A stretch of 59,855 nucleotides of DNA from an uncultured bacterium (GCA_913009335.1 CAJVXN010000007.1:1-59855); one strand, 5' to 3'; numbered from the stretch's first letter, positions 1 to 8,565 are shown. Notes: a model not told the origin generated them from the letters alone. Made by a program: numbers and translations.

Positions 1-692
1 CTGTCAATATCCAACTGACATAGCTCAAATGCAAGTTCGATTCTCTGTTTTTCTGTTTCCCCTAGTCCAATTATACCACCGCAGCAAATTTGAATACCAC
101 ACTCCTTAATACGCCTGATTGTTCTAACCCTATCTTCATATGTATGTGTCGTACAAATATGCGCAAAATTACTCTTGGCGGTTTCTAAATTATGATTATA
201 CCTATCCAAACCTGATTTTTTTAACTTTAAAGCGGATTCCTTGCTCAAAATACCCAAAGAAGCATCTAATCGAAGGTTGGGGAATTTTTTTCTAATCTTT
301 ACTAAGGCGCTACATATCGAATCAAGCTCTACCTCATTAACCGAGCGTCCGCTTGTTACAATACAAAATCTGTTTGTCTTAAAACCTGCCGCCGCCTCCG
401 CTCTCTTGAACATCTCTTCTTCAGAAATAAGCGGATAGACATCGATATCCGTATTATGACGCGCTGACTGCGAGCAAAAAACACAATCCTCATTGCACTT
501 ACCAGAACGGGCATTTGTAATAGAGCACAGGCTGATTTTATCTTCTCGATAATGCTGCCTGATACGTGAGGCAGAAGTCAAAAGCTGCATAAAGTTATCC
601 TCGCCGACAGAATAGAGCATGTCGGCTTCTTTGAAGCTTAAAAGCCCGCCACTTAATACCTTATTCTCCAATTTAACAAATATATCTTCCAT
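1..692 (-). CDS. bioB: biotin synthase BioB (radical SAM); C-terminal part runs off the window edge
   Basis: My own translation from the ATG at 690-692 gives MEDIFVKLENKVLSGG...SGKCNEDCVFCSQSARH (CxxxCxxC), then YNHNLET and CCGGIIGLGET. It is absent from the ORF track because it is open at base 1. Confidence 0.85.
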   Translation of the reverse strand, partial: MEDIFVKLENKVLSGGLLSFKEADMLYSVGEDNFMQLLTSASRIRQHYREDKISLCSITNARSGKCNEDCVFCSQSARHNTDIDVYPLISEEEMFKRAEAAAGFKTNRFCIVTSGRSVNEVELDSICSALVKIRKKFPNLRLDASLGILSKESALKLKKSGLDRYNHNLETAKSNFAHICTTHTYEDRVRTIRRIKECGIQICCGGIIGLGETEKQRIELAFELCQLDID

Positions 693-726
693 TATTTTAA
701 TTCTCTCGTAAAATCTACAGATACAA

Positions 727-843
727 CATCAACAATAATCTTTTTTACGTGCTCACATCGCTTCGCATGCCTGAATTAGACCTGATGGTCCCCTTCGGGG
801 ACTGCTCGCATGGTTGCGCGCGTAAAAAGGACTATCATTGATG
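727..843. other. long imperfect inverted repeat (CATCAACAATAATCTTTTTTACG ... CGTAAAAAGGACTATCATTGATG) enclosing the hairpin GTCCCC-TTC-GGGGAC, in the bioB upstream region
   Basis: Complementarity read directly from the sequence. The inner hairpin is at 788-802. Confidence 0.4.
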
Positions 844-859
844 TAAAATAAATACCAAA

Positions 860-889
860 CGTAAACCACTATCTCTAACGGGGTTTACA
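860..889. promoter_or_regulatory. candidate BirA operator: cGTAAACC-N14-GGTTTACA
   Basis: An inverted repeat about 170 nt upstream of the bioB ATG matches my recollection of the BirA operator consensus TGT(A/T)AACC-N14-16-GGTT(A/T)ACA. Caveat: the left half and spacer are shared with a repeat-element arm seen at 51720-51736. Confidence 0.35.
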
Positions 890-1137
890 ATTAAAATAAA
901 AAAATATAGGTTCTTTCGTAAATTTTGTAAATGTTTAGTGATAGATAGCTAGTAAAATTTTCTTTTTATTCATCTTGATGCCCGTAAAAACTTGCCGCAT
1001 GCGTGAAACCGCCGAAACTTTATCTGCGTAAAAAAAGCATTAAATTCAGCAATAGTTTCAAGGGCTCATATGCGGATAAAAAGAACTAATTTTGCTAAGC
1101 ATCTATCACATTATTTACGAATGGTTCTAAATATATC

Positions 1138-1638
1138 CTACAACTTTAATCCTTTATGCTTTATATAATGCTTAACTAATCCGCCGTCAGCTAGAAGCTT
1201 GCGCAACACAGGCGCAATAGGCTTAATAGTTATCTGCTTAGAGCTATTCTGATTAGTAATCATACCTCTATTTAAATCTACACTAATAACATCACCCTCT
1301 TTAATATTGCGCGTATCAGCCTCAATCAAAGCCAGGCCAATATTAAACGCATTACGATAAAAAATCCTGGCAAAACTCTTTGCTACCACTGCCGTAATCC
1401 CTGCTGCCTTTATTGCCAGAAGCGCCTGCTCACGGGATGAACCACATCCGAAATTTTCCCCCGCTACGATAATAGATTTTCCGGGTTTTATTCTTTTAAA
1501 AAAATGAGGATCTAAATCCTCCATTACATGCTTAGCAAGCTCATTAATATCAGTAATCGCGAATTTATATCTACCGGAAATAATCAAGTCAGTATTTACA
1601 TCATTGCCTAATTTTAAAGCTGATCCTTTAATCTTCAC
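1138..1638 (-). CDS. leuD: 3-isopropylmalate dehydratase small subunit (LeuD/HacB family)
   Basis: From the GTG at 1636-1638 the protein reads [24 protein letters not shown], a typical LeuD N-terminus. The ORF-track start at 1689 adds 17 in-frame codons that are a translated repeat element. Confidence 0.85.
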   Translation of the reverse strand: MKIKGSALKLGNDVNTDLIISGRYKFAITDINELAKHVMEDLDPHFFKRIKPGKSIIVAGENFGCGSSREQALLAIKAAGITAVVAKSFARIFYRNAFNIGLALIEADTRNIKEGDVISVDLNRGMITNQNSSKQITIKPIAPVLRKLLADGGLVKHYIKHKGLKL

Positions 1639-1688
1639 CCCGTCCTTCCTTCCCAAGCTTATCCGCCCTTTAGGAAGGGCGGGGTTCA
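1634..1688 (-). mobile_element. short TGAA-flanked inverted-repeat element (47-nt body at 1638-1684)
   Basis: mRNA sense: TGAA|CCCCGCCCTTCCTAAAGGGCGGATAAGCTTGGGAAGGAAGGACGGGG|TGAA. The terminal arms CCCCGCCCTTCC and GGAAGGACGGGG are complementary. Confidence 0.6.
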
Positions 1689-1739
1689 TATTTTACTAAC
1701 GATTTTGGGGAAATTAATACCAAATGCAGGAAATCATAG

Positions 1740-2789
1740 TTAAAGATTTCTAAATTCCTGTACGTTTTTAGCCTTACTAATTGCTGTCTCATGAGTAATA
1801 ATTCCTTTAGTATATAGCTCCTTAAGGGATTTATCCATCGTCCGCATACCATACTGGCCACCTGTTTGAATAAGGGTAGGTATCTGCTCTACCTCCTGTT
1901 CGCGGATAAGATTCTTAATACCTGTTGTTCCAATCATAATCTCAGTTGAGAGTATCCTTCCCTCACCAGATGCGCATGGCAAGAGCAACTGGGAGACAAC
2001 TCCCTGCAAACAATCCGATAATTGAAGACGTATCTGTAATTGCTGATGAGGAGGAAATACATCAATAATTCTCTGCACCGTCTGTGGAGCATCCGGAGTA
2101 TGCAAAGTTGCTAAAACTAAATGACCGGTTTCCGCAGCGGTTAATGCGGTGGATATAGTCTCTAAATCCCGCATCTCCCCTACAACTATAACATCAGGGT
2201 CCTGTCTTAAGGCATGACGCAAAGCCTCGGAAAATGATTTCGTATCAGAGTATACTTCCCGTTGCTTAACAATACACTTCTTATTATAATGCAGGAATTC
2301 TATCGGATCCTCAATACAAACAATAATATCTTCCCGCTCGCTATTAATTAAATTTACCATTGCCGCTAAGGTTGTCGTTTTGCCTACCCCTGTCGGACCT
2401 GTCACTAAAACCAAACCGTTAGATTTTCTTGCTAGTTCCAATACTATATCGGGGAGCTGTAATTCATCTATAGACGGTATAAGTAAAGGAATCCTTCGAA
2501 ATGCTGCCTCAACCGTGCCTCTTTGGACATGTACGTTAACACGAAAACGGTCAAGCCCAGGCAAGGCCAGAGAAAGATCAAGTTCCAAATCTTTTTCAAA
2601 TGTTTCTTTTTGCGATTCACTAAGCATGCTATAAATTAATTTTTTTGTATCTTCTTTTGTAAGTTTAGCCAAATCAGTATGGACCAATCTGCCGTCAATA
2701 CGCAAGACTGGAGGAGAACTTTCTGTAATATGTAAATCAGAAGCCTTCTTATCAATAGTCAGCATAAGTAATTTTTTTAAATCTAACAT
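1740..2789 (-). CDS. pilT: type IV pilus retraction ATPase PilT
   Basis: 349 aa. N-terminus reads ...KKASDLHITESSPPVLRIDGRLV, with Walker A GPTGVGKTT and a PilT-family length. Confidence 0.9.
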   Translation of the reverse strand: MLDLKKLLMLTIDKKASDLHITESSPPVLRIDGRLVHTDLAKLTKEDTKKLIYSMLSESQKETFEKDLELDLSLALPGLDRFRVNVHVQRGTVEAAFRRIPLLIPSIDELQLPDIVLELARKSNGLVLVTGPTGVGKTTTLAAMVNLINSEREDIIVCIEDPIEFLHYNKKCIVKQREVYSDTKSFSEALRHALRQDPDVIVVGEMRDLETISTALTAAETGHLVLATLHTPDAPQTVQRIIDVFPPHQQLQIRLQLSDCLQGVVSQLLLPCASGEGRILSTEIMIGTTGIKNLIREQEVEQIPTLIQTGGQYGMRTMDKSLKELYTKGIITHETAISKAKNVQEFRNL

Positions 2790-2819
2790 TTGATACTCCT
2801 TATGTTTAATACTAAAACT

Positions 2820-4082
2820 CTATTTATTTATGAATCTACGAGGATCGATAATCTCGCCCTTAATGCCTGCAACAGCAACCGCAGCAGGAGAAGCCAGGTA
2901 AATGAAAGCATTCGGATTCCCCATACGTCCTTTAAAATTCCTATTTGCCGTAGATATCGCTACTTCCTTATCAGCAAGTATCCCCATATGCGTACCCACG
3001 CATGGTCCGCATCCCGGTGTTACCACTGCGACACCCGCTTTTATAAATATTTCGATCAATCCTAATTTTACTGCCTCAAGATAAATCTCACTTGATGCCG
3101 GAGCAATAATAAACTTTACCCCCCGGTTGACCTTTTTTCCTTTTAGTATGTTTGCGGCTATTTTTAAATCCTCTAATCTACCATTTGTGCAGGTACCTAT
3201 AAATGCCTCATCAATCTTAATACCTTTTGCTTCTCTTATTGGAACAACATTATCAACTGTATGGGGCTTTGCAATCTGCGGCGTAATTTTCGAAGCATTA
3301 TACTTCAGACGCTTGCAATATTTTGCATCGGAATCCGGCTTATAAATTCTTGGTTTTCGCTTAGTGTTCCTTTTCTTTATCCATGAAAGCACTTTTTTAT
3401 CCACAGGGAAAAATGCGCACTTAGCACCCATCTCTACTACCATATTACTTATTGTAAAGCGTCCGTCAAGAGTTAAATTATCAATCGTCGAACCTGAGAA
3501 TTCAACAGCCTTATATGTAGCACCATTAGCTCCTAAATCACCAATAATATAAAGTATCAGATCCTTGGCATAAACACCCTTGGCAAATTTTCCACTTATC
3601 TCTATCTTTATCGTTTCAGGCACGCGAAACCAATTTTTACCGCTTGCCAATGTTATCGCTAAATCCGTAGAGCCCACTCCGGTTGATGCAACTCCTATCG
3701 CTCCATAAGTACAAGTATGAGAATCTGCCCCGATAACTAAATCCCCGGGTAAAACATTACCACCGGCTGGAACGATTTCATGGCAGACTCCGCAACCAAT
3801 ATCATACAAGTTCAACTTGAATTCGTTGGCAAAATCGCGCATTTTCTTATGTATCCTTGAGACACCCATGCTAGGACTGGGAGAACTATGATCTATAACC
3901 ATGCAGAATTTATTAGCATTTGCTAACTTCTTAATTCCCATTTCCTTAATCCTATCAATAATAATAGACGATGTGCCGTCTTGACCGAAACAAAAGTCTA
4001 CGTCGCATACGGCAAAATCTCCAACAACTAGGTCCTTTCCGGAATGCGCACTTAAAATTTTCTCAATTATTGTTTTACCCAT
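2820..4082 (-). CDS. leuC: 3-isopropylmalate dehydratase large subunit (LeuC/HacA, 420-aa type)
   Basis: Aconitase-family motifs are present (DHSSPSP, GADSHTCTYGA, CTNGRLEDL, PGCGPCVG). Confidence 0.9.
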   Translation of the reverse strand: MGKTIIEKILSAHSGKDLVVGDFAVCDVDFCFGQDGTSSIIIDRIKEMGIKKLANANKFCMVIDHSSPSPSMGVSRIHKKMRDFANEFKLNLYDIGCGVCHEIVPAGGNVLPGDLVIGADSHTCTYGAIGVASTGVGSTDLAITLASGKNWFRVPETIKIEISGKFAKGVYAKDLILYIIGDLGANGATYKAVEFSGSTIDNLTLDGRFTISNMVVEMGAKCAFFPVDKKVLSWIKKRNTKRKPRIYKPDSDAKYCKRLKYNASKITPQIAKPHTVDNVVPIREAKGIKIDEAFIGTCTNGRLEDLKIAANILKGKKVNRGVKFIIAPASSEIYLEAVKLGLIEIFIKAGVAVVTPGCGPCVGTHMGILADKEVAISTANRNFKGRMGNPNAFIYLASPAAVAVAGIKGEIIDPRRFINK

Positions 4083-4105
4083 ATTTATTTTATGATAAGA
4101 TTTGA

Positions 4106-5266
4106 TTACTCTTTATTTAAAAAACTTTCCAACCGCCGCATGCCTTCCTCAATCCGTTCTCTGTTCGTCGCAAAGCTAAAACGCACATACCTATCATCAC
4201 CAAAAGCAACTCCCGGAATAGTCGCTACATGTTTTTCCTCTAAAAACTTCGTAGAAAATCTCAAAGAATCCATTCCAGAACTGCTAATATCACAAAAAAT
4301 ATAAAATGCGCCCTGGGGACGCACATATTCTAATTTCATCCTATCAAAATACCCCATCATAGCATTACGTCGAGCTTCAAACTCTTCTCGCATTTTCTCC
4401 AACACTTCTTTATCAGAGGTTAATGCCGAAAGAGCAGCCTTCTGAGAAATCGATGAGGGATTAGAAGTTGAATGATCCTGAATTTTTTTAATCGCAGCAA
4501 CAACGTCCTTATTCCCCGCTAAATAGCCTATACGCCACCCTGTCATCGAATAAGCTTTGGATACCCCGTTCACCACAAAGGTTAAATCATAAATCTTTTT
4601 ATTCAAGGAAGCAATAGATATATGCTGAGAGTTATCATAAATAAGTTTTTCGTATATTTCATCACTTATAACAAATAGATTATTTTTAACAACTATATCG
4701 GCAATATCTATAAGCTCTTGCTTGCTGTAAATATATCCTGCCGGATTAGAGGGAGAATTTAAGATAAGCAGCTTTGATTTCTTCGTAATGCTCGCTGCTA
4801 GTATTTCAGCACTTAACTTAAAAGAATCCTCTTTTTTAGTTTTTAATATAATGGGCGCGCCGTTTGCAAATTTAACCATCTCGACATAGCTAACCCAATA
4901 TGGCGAAGGAATAAGTACCTCATCCTCATCATCAACTAAAGCCTGCACTAAATTAAACAAGCAATGCTTTGCTCCGCTTGAGACAGCAATCTGCTCAGCA
5001 TCATACTGCAGTTTATTGTCCTTTAATAACTTATCCTGAATTGCTTTTTTAAGCTCGGGAATTCCTGTGGAAGGTGTATATTTGGTGAATCCGTCTTTTA
5101 TTGCCTTGATCGCGGATTCTTTTATTTGATTAGGTGTGTCAAAATCAGGTTCTCCGGCAGCAAAATTAACGATATCACTACCTTCCTGCCGCATTTTTTT
5201 TGCCTGGGCAGTAATAACTAGAGTAGAAGAAGCCTTTATTCCTTGAACGCGTTTTGCAAGATGCAT
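4106..5266 (-). CDS. class I/II PLP aminotransferase (aspartate aminotransferase-like)
   Basis: 386 aa. Contains NSPSNPAGY and the PLP-lysine context SKAYSMTGWRIGY. Confidence 0.85.
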   Translation of the reverse strand: MHLAKRVQGIKASSTLVITAQAKKMRQEGSDIVNFAAGEPDFDTPNQIKESAIKAIKDGFTKYTPSTGIPELKKAIQDKLLKDNKLQYDAEQIAVSSGAKHCLFNLVQALVDDEDEVLIPSPYWVSYVEMVKFANGAPIILKTKKEDSFKLSAEILAASITKKSKLLILNSPSNPAGYIYSKQELIDIADIVVKNNLFVISDEIYEKLIYDNSQHISIASLNKKIYDLTFVVNGVSKAYSMTGWRIGYLAGNKDVVAAIKKIQDHSTSNPSSISQKAALSALTSDKEVLEKMREEFEARRNAMMGYFDRMKLEYVRPQGAFYIFCDISSSGMDSLRFSTKFLEEKHVATIPGVAFGDDRYVRFSFATNRERIEEGMRRLESFLNKE

Positions 5267-5316
5267 AATTTTTAATAGAGAATAAAAAAAGCCGTAGGCA
5301 CCTGTTAATAATTACT

Positions 5317-5931
5317 CTACAAAGAATCTCTTTCTTTTTTGAAGAAGCGTCTTAGACCCCCGATGAATTTCTTAGACGGCTTTTTCTTATCTTGCACTTC
5401 TTTGCTTTCATCCTTTTTATTTTTTTCAGGAGTTGGCTTTGATTTTTCACTAACCTTAAGACTTTCATCCTTATCGGCGACGGAGATTTTTTTAGCCGGT
5501 GTCTCAATCTTGGTCTTTGTCTGGGCGACTTGCTTAATATTATCCTGTTTAGTGGTTTTTGATTTTGGCGTACCTATAACTTCAACAAGTTCTAAAAGAA
5601 CCATTTGAGCGTTATCCCCGCGTCTCTTAGAAGTAAGAATAATACGCGTATAACCGCCTGCCCTTGTTTTGAACTTTGGAGCCACCTCATTAAATAACCT
5701 GGAAATTAACTTATGATCAGGCAATATTTTATAAGCCCGCCTTTTAGCCGCAAGACTTCCTGCCTTACCTAGCGAAATGAGACGATCAATCAGACGCTTA
5801 GCATTTTTTGCCCGCTCTTTAGTCGTATTAATCCGGCCATTTAAAATTATGGATCTGGATATCGCCGCAAGCAATGCTTGTCTTTGTGATCTTGAACGTG
5901 ATAGTCTTGATTTCTTTTTTCTATGGCGCAT
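5317..5931 (-). CDS. rplQ: ribosomal protein L17 with a Lys/Glu-rich C-terminal extension of about 80 aa
   Basis: N-terminus is MRHRKKKSRLSRSRSQRQALL. The core ends near LELVE and is followed by a low-complexity K/E/T-rich tail. Confidence 0.9.
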   Translation of the reverse strand: MRHRKKKSRLSRSRSQRQALLAAISRSIILNGRINTTKERAKNAKRLIDRLISLGKAGSLAAKRRAYKILPDHKLISRLFNEVAPKFKTRAGGYTRIILTSKRRGDNAQMVLLELVEVIGTPKSKTTKQDNIKQVAQTKTKIETPAKKISVADKDESLKVSEKSKPTPEKNKKDESKEVQDKKKPSKKFIGGLRRFFKKERDSL

Positions 5932-5940
5932 TCTAAATCC

Positions 5941-6933
5941 TTATTTTAGGCTTTTTAGTCTTTTAAAATCTACATCCATGCCGAAAGTTAACCCCATGTC
6001 AGCAACCAGATCTCTTATTTCCGTAAGTGACTTTTTCCCAAAATTACGCAGGTTTAACAAATCGGTCTCACTCATATTAACCAATTCGGCAATACGCTTA
6101 ATATTAGCTTCCCTTAAACAATTCGAGCTTCTCACTGAAAGCTCTACCTCGGTAATAGGTAAGCCTAATTTCTCATATAAAGCCGTATCTTCGGAAGCAA
6201 GAGTCTCTTCTTCCTCTTCTTCTTCCGGTAACTGACCAAAATTAACAAATACGTCTAAATGCCGCTGCAATATGTTGGAAGCATAAAGAAGAGCATCTTT
6301 CGGGCTAATACTTCCGTTAGTCGTAATCTCAAGTATTAATTTATCATAATCAGTTCTCTGCCCAACACGTGTACTCTCAACATGAAAGTTAACATTATTA
6401 ACGGGTGTAAAAACCGAATCAATAAAAAGCACCCCTATTGACTGGCCTTCTTTTTTATTCGTCTCGCTGGTTACATACCCGCGACCACGAGAAACTTCCA
6501 TCTCAACGTTAAAATTTACATTTTGCGTAAGCGTTGCAATAAGGCAGTCAGGATTTATAATCTCGATTGTTTCATCCATTATTATATCCTTAGCTTTAAC
6601 CTCTCCTTTTTTACTAACCTTTATCATTACCTTCTTAGGAGTTTTAGCGTAAGAACGAATAATTAATTGTTTAATATTCAAGATTATATCCGTTACATCC
6701 TCTACTACGCCATCTATAGTTGAAAACTCATGGGATATACCGTCAAATTTAACGGATGTAACCGCACTTCCCTCAATAGAAGACAAGAGCACGCGTCTTA
6801 AAGAGTTTCCCAGAGTAACACCATATCCTCGCTCAAAAGGCTCCGCAATAAATTTACCATAAGTTGCGCTATAAGATGACTCCTCGCATTCTAGTCGTTT
6901 AGGCGTTTGAAAATCTCTCCATTTTATCCCCAT
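5941..6933 (-). CDS. rpoA: RNA polymerase alpha subunit
   Basis: Contains FIAEPFERGYGVTLGNSLRRVLLSS. I chose the ATG at 6931-6933 (MGIKW) behind a GGAG. The ORF-track TTG at 7002 is probably an over-extension. Confidence 0.9.
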   Translation of the reverse strand: MGIKWRDFQTPKRLECEESSYSATYGKFIAEPFERGYGVTLGNSLRRVLLSSIEGSAVTSVKFDGISHEFSTIDGVVEDVTDIILNIKQLIIRSYAKTPKKVMIKVSKKGEVKAKDIIMDETIEIINPDCLIATLTQNVNFNVEMEVSRGRGYVTSETNKKEGQSIGVLFIDSVFTPVNNVNFHVESTRVGQRTDYDKLILEITTNGSISPKDALLYASNILQRHLDVFVNFGQLPEEEEEEETLASEDTALYEKLGLPITEVELSVRSSNCLREANIKRIAELVNMSETDLLNLRNFGKKSLTEIRDLVADMGLTFGMDVDFKRLKSLK

Positions 6934-7021
6934 TTTCCCTGCTCCATTCATTTTAATTAATCGACTGAACCTTTGTATTTTTCCGATGTTTCGATTAACC
7001 AAGCACTAATTAACAAAATTA

Positions 7022-7651
7022 TTATTTAGAATACAACTCAACAATCAGCTGCTCTTGCACATCCAGCTCTAAGTCTTCCTTTTCCGGAAGTCTTACAACT
7101 TCCGCTTTAAGCTTATCATTATCAACTTTCAACCATGAAACCTTTCCCCATTCTTTAGTAACTTCCAAAACTTCCTTTATATTCTTAAATTTCTTCTCAC
7201 TAGTCTTTAATTCAATAATATCACCAGTTTTTATCAAATAAGAAGGAATATTCACGCGCCGGCTGTTTACGTAAACATGCCCATGACCAACAATCTGGCG
7301 CGCCTGTGCATGTGAAAGCGTAAAACCCGTCCTTAATAAAACATTATCCAATCTTCTCTCTAATATCTGAAGTAATATTTTACCTGTGACGCCCGTACTT
7401 TTTGCCGCTATCTTAAAGTAGCGCCTGAACTGCTTCTCAAGCACTCCATACATCCTTTTTACTTTCTGCTTTTCTCTAAGCTGTATGCCATAGTTGGATG
7501 TTTTAGTTCTTCTGCCTTTTCCGTGCTGTCCCGGAACATAACTTCTGCGCGTAAACGCACATTTATCCCCAATACAGCGAGATCCCTTTAGCAATAATTT
7601 TGTTCCTTCTCGACGGCATAATCGACAAGAAGCGTCAGTATACCTAGCCAT
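7022..7651 (-). CDS. rpsD: ribosomal protein S4
   Basis: N-terminus is MARYTDASCRLCRREG. The ATG at 7649-7651 follows a GGAGG. Confidence 0.93.
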   Translation of the reverse strand: MARYTDASCRLCRREGTKLLLKGSRCIGDKCAFTRRSYVPGQHGKGRRTKTSNYGIQLREKQKVKRMYGVLEKQFRRYFKIAAKSTGVTGKILLQILERRLDNVLLRTGFTLSHAQARQIVGHGHVYVNSRRVNIPSYLIKTGDIIELKTSEKKFKNIKEVLEVTKEWGKVSWLKVDNDKLKAEVVRLPEKEDLELDVQEQLIVELYSK

Positions 7652-7669
7652 CAAACCTCCATATTTTAT

Positions 7670-8077
7670 TTATACTCGTCTCTTCTTTGGCGGACGGCAA
7701 CCATTATGCGGGATAGGAGTCACATCTTTTATCAGCTTAATAACTAAACCTGCCGCCTGTAAAGCTCGTATTGCTGATTCCCTGCCGGACCCCGGCCCCT
7801 TAACGTAAACATCAATTTCTTTAAGCCCTATGGCCTTTGCCTTTTTTGCCGCGTCTGTTGCAGCAATCTGAGCCGCAAAAGGAGTAGATTTCTTTGAACC
7901 ACTAAAACCCACAACTCCCGGAGCTGACCAAGCTATCACACCACCCTGCTTATCAGTAATAGTAATTATTGTATTATTAAACGAAGCTTGTATGTGGGCA
8001 AGACCACTAGTACTAGTCAAAATTTTTTTCTTTTTCCTACCTACCTTTTTCTTGCGAGTTGCTTGCTGCTGAGCCAT
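7670..8077 (-). CDS. rpsK: ribosomal protein S11
   Basis: Contains [16 protein letters not shown] and [13 protein letters not shown]. Confidence 0.95.
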   Translation of the reverse strand: MAQQQATRKKKVGRKKKKILTSTSGLAHIQASFNNTIITITDKQGGVIAWSAPGVVGFSGSKKSTPFAAQIAATDAAKKAKAIGLKEIDVYVKGPGSGRESAIRALQAAGLVIKLIKDVTPIPHNGCRPPKKRRV

Positions 8078-8105
8078 TTACTTTTCTCCTAACTTTATCT
8101 ATAAG

Positions 8106-8483
8106 TTAACCCGTCTTCGGTCTTACAGCACCTACATTACGGCGAGGACCTTTACGTGTACGCGCATTAGTCTTCGTACGTTGCCCACGAACAGGTAAGC
8201 TTCTTTTATGACGCAGGCCCCGATAAGAACCTATATCCATAAGTCGCTTTATATTCTGGGAAACATCCCGGCGTAGATCCCCCTCCACTTTATATTCTTT
8301 CTGCAATAAAGCCGTAATTTTTAAAACTTCCTCTTCGGTAACATTCTTTGCTCTTTTATTGGGCTCGATACCTGCGGTTTCAAGAATCCTGCTGGCCAAA
8401 GTTTGCCCTATACCATAAATATAGCAAAGCGATGCATCAATTCGTTTTTCCTTTGGTATATCAACACCTAAAATTCTAGGCAC
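8106..8483 (-). CDS. rpsM: ribosomal protein S13
   Basis: A GTG at 8481-8483, placed 6 nt after a GAGG, gives [14 protein letters not shown]. The longer ORF-track start is probably an over-extension. Confidence 0.9.
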   Translation of the reverse strand: MPRILGVDIPKEKRIDASLCYIYGIGQTLASRILETAGIEPNKRAKNVTEEEVLKITALLQKEYKVEGDLRRDVSQNIKRLMDIGSYRGLRHKRSLPVRGQRTKTNARTRKGPRRNVGAVRPKTG

Positions 8484-8565
8484 TATCAACCTCACTTTCC
8501 TAAAAACCTGCGTGTCTAGCCAGGCCCTCATTTAACCAATCTTAAAAACCATTTCTCCTACATCA

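Noticed and set aside
241-438. Plus-strand ORFs from the six-frame track. Examples: 241-438, 2380-2634, 5777-6235, 17436-17810, 18547-18966, 27453-27857, 30974-31327, 31526-31900, 40878-41240, 54915-55220, 57757-58149.
   Set aside because: Each lies entirely antisense to a strongly conserved minus-strand gene. They have low-complexity or hydrophobic shadow-frame composition and no SD or start context. They are treated as shadow ORFs.
775-810. Hammerhead-ribozyme-like string CCTGATGGTCCCCTTCGGGGACTGC in the bioB leader.
   Set aside because: The core is incomplete. It reads CUGAUG-G rather than CUGAUGA, and no CGAAA follows the stem. The loop is better read as a 3-nt TTC loop on a 6-bp stem than as a C(UUCG)G tetraloop. 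No ribozyme call is justified.
1639-1689. N-terminal extension of leuD ([17 protein letters not shown]) in the ORF track.
   Set aside because: These 17 codons are the in-frame translation of the 47-nt repeat body plus the TGAA duplication. The canonical LeuD N-terminus (MKIKGS) starts at the GTG at 1636-1638. Read-through from the old ATG cannot be excluded, but it is not the parsimonious gene model.
1670-1861. 63-aa minus-strand ORF overlapping the pilT 3' end and the repeat element.
   Set aside because: It overlaps pilT in another frame and runs through repeat sequence. It shows no recognisable features.
5267-5316. Possible intrinsic terminator after rplQ (GCC-TAC-GGC followed by TTTTTTT).
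   Set aside because: The stem is only 3 bp, which is too weak to call. It is left unannotated.
6934-7002. Upstream-extended starts in the ORF track for rpoA, rpsD (7654), rpsM (8531), rpsH (14306), rplE (15152), tuf (22863), rpsG (25486), rplA (35283), rpmG (37223), mfd (44317) and secDF (46640).
   Set aside because: The extensions begin at TTG or other weak codons, overlap the upstream gene or a tRNA, or precede the conserved N-terminus. In each case an internal ATG or GTG with an SD matches the family N-terminus.
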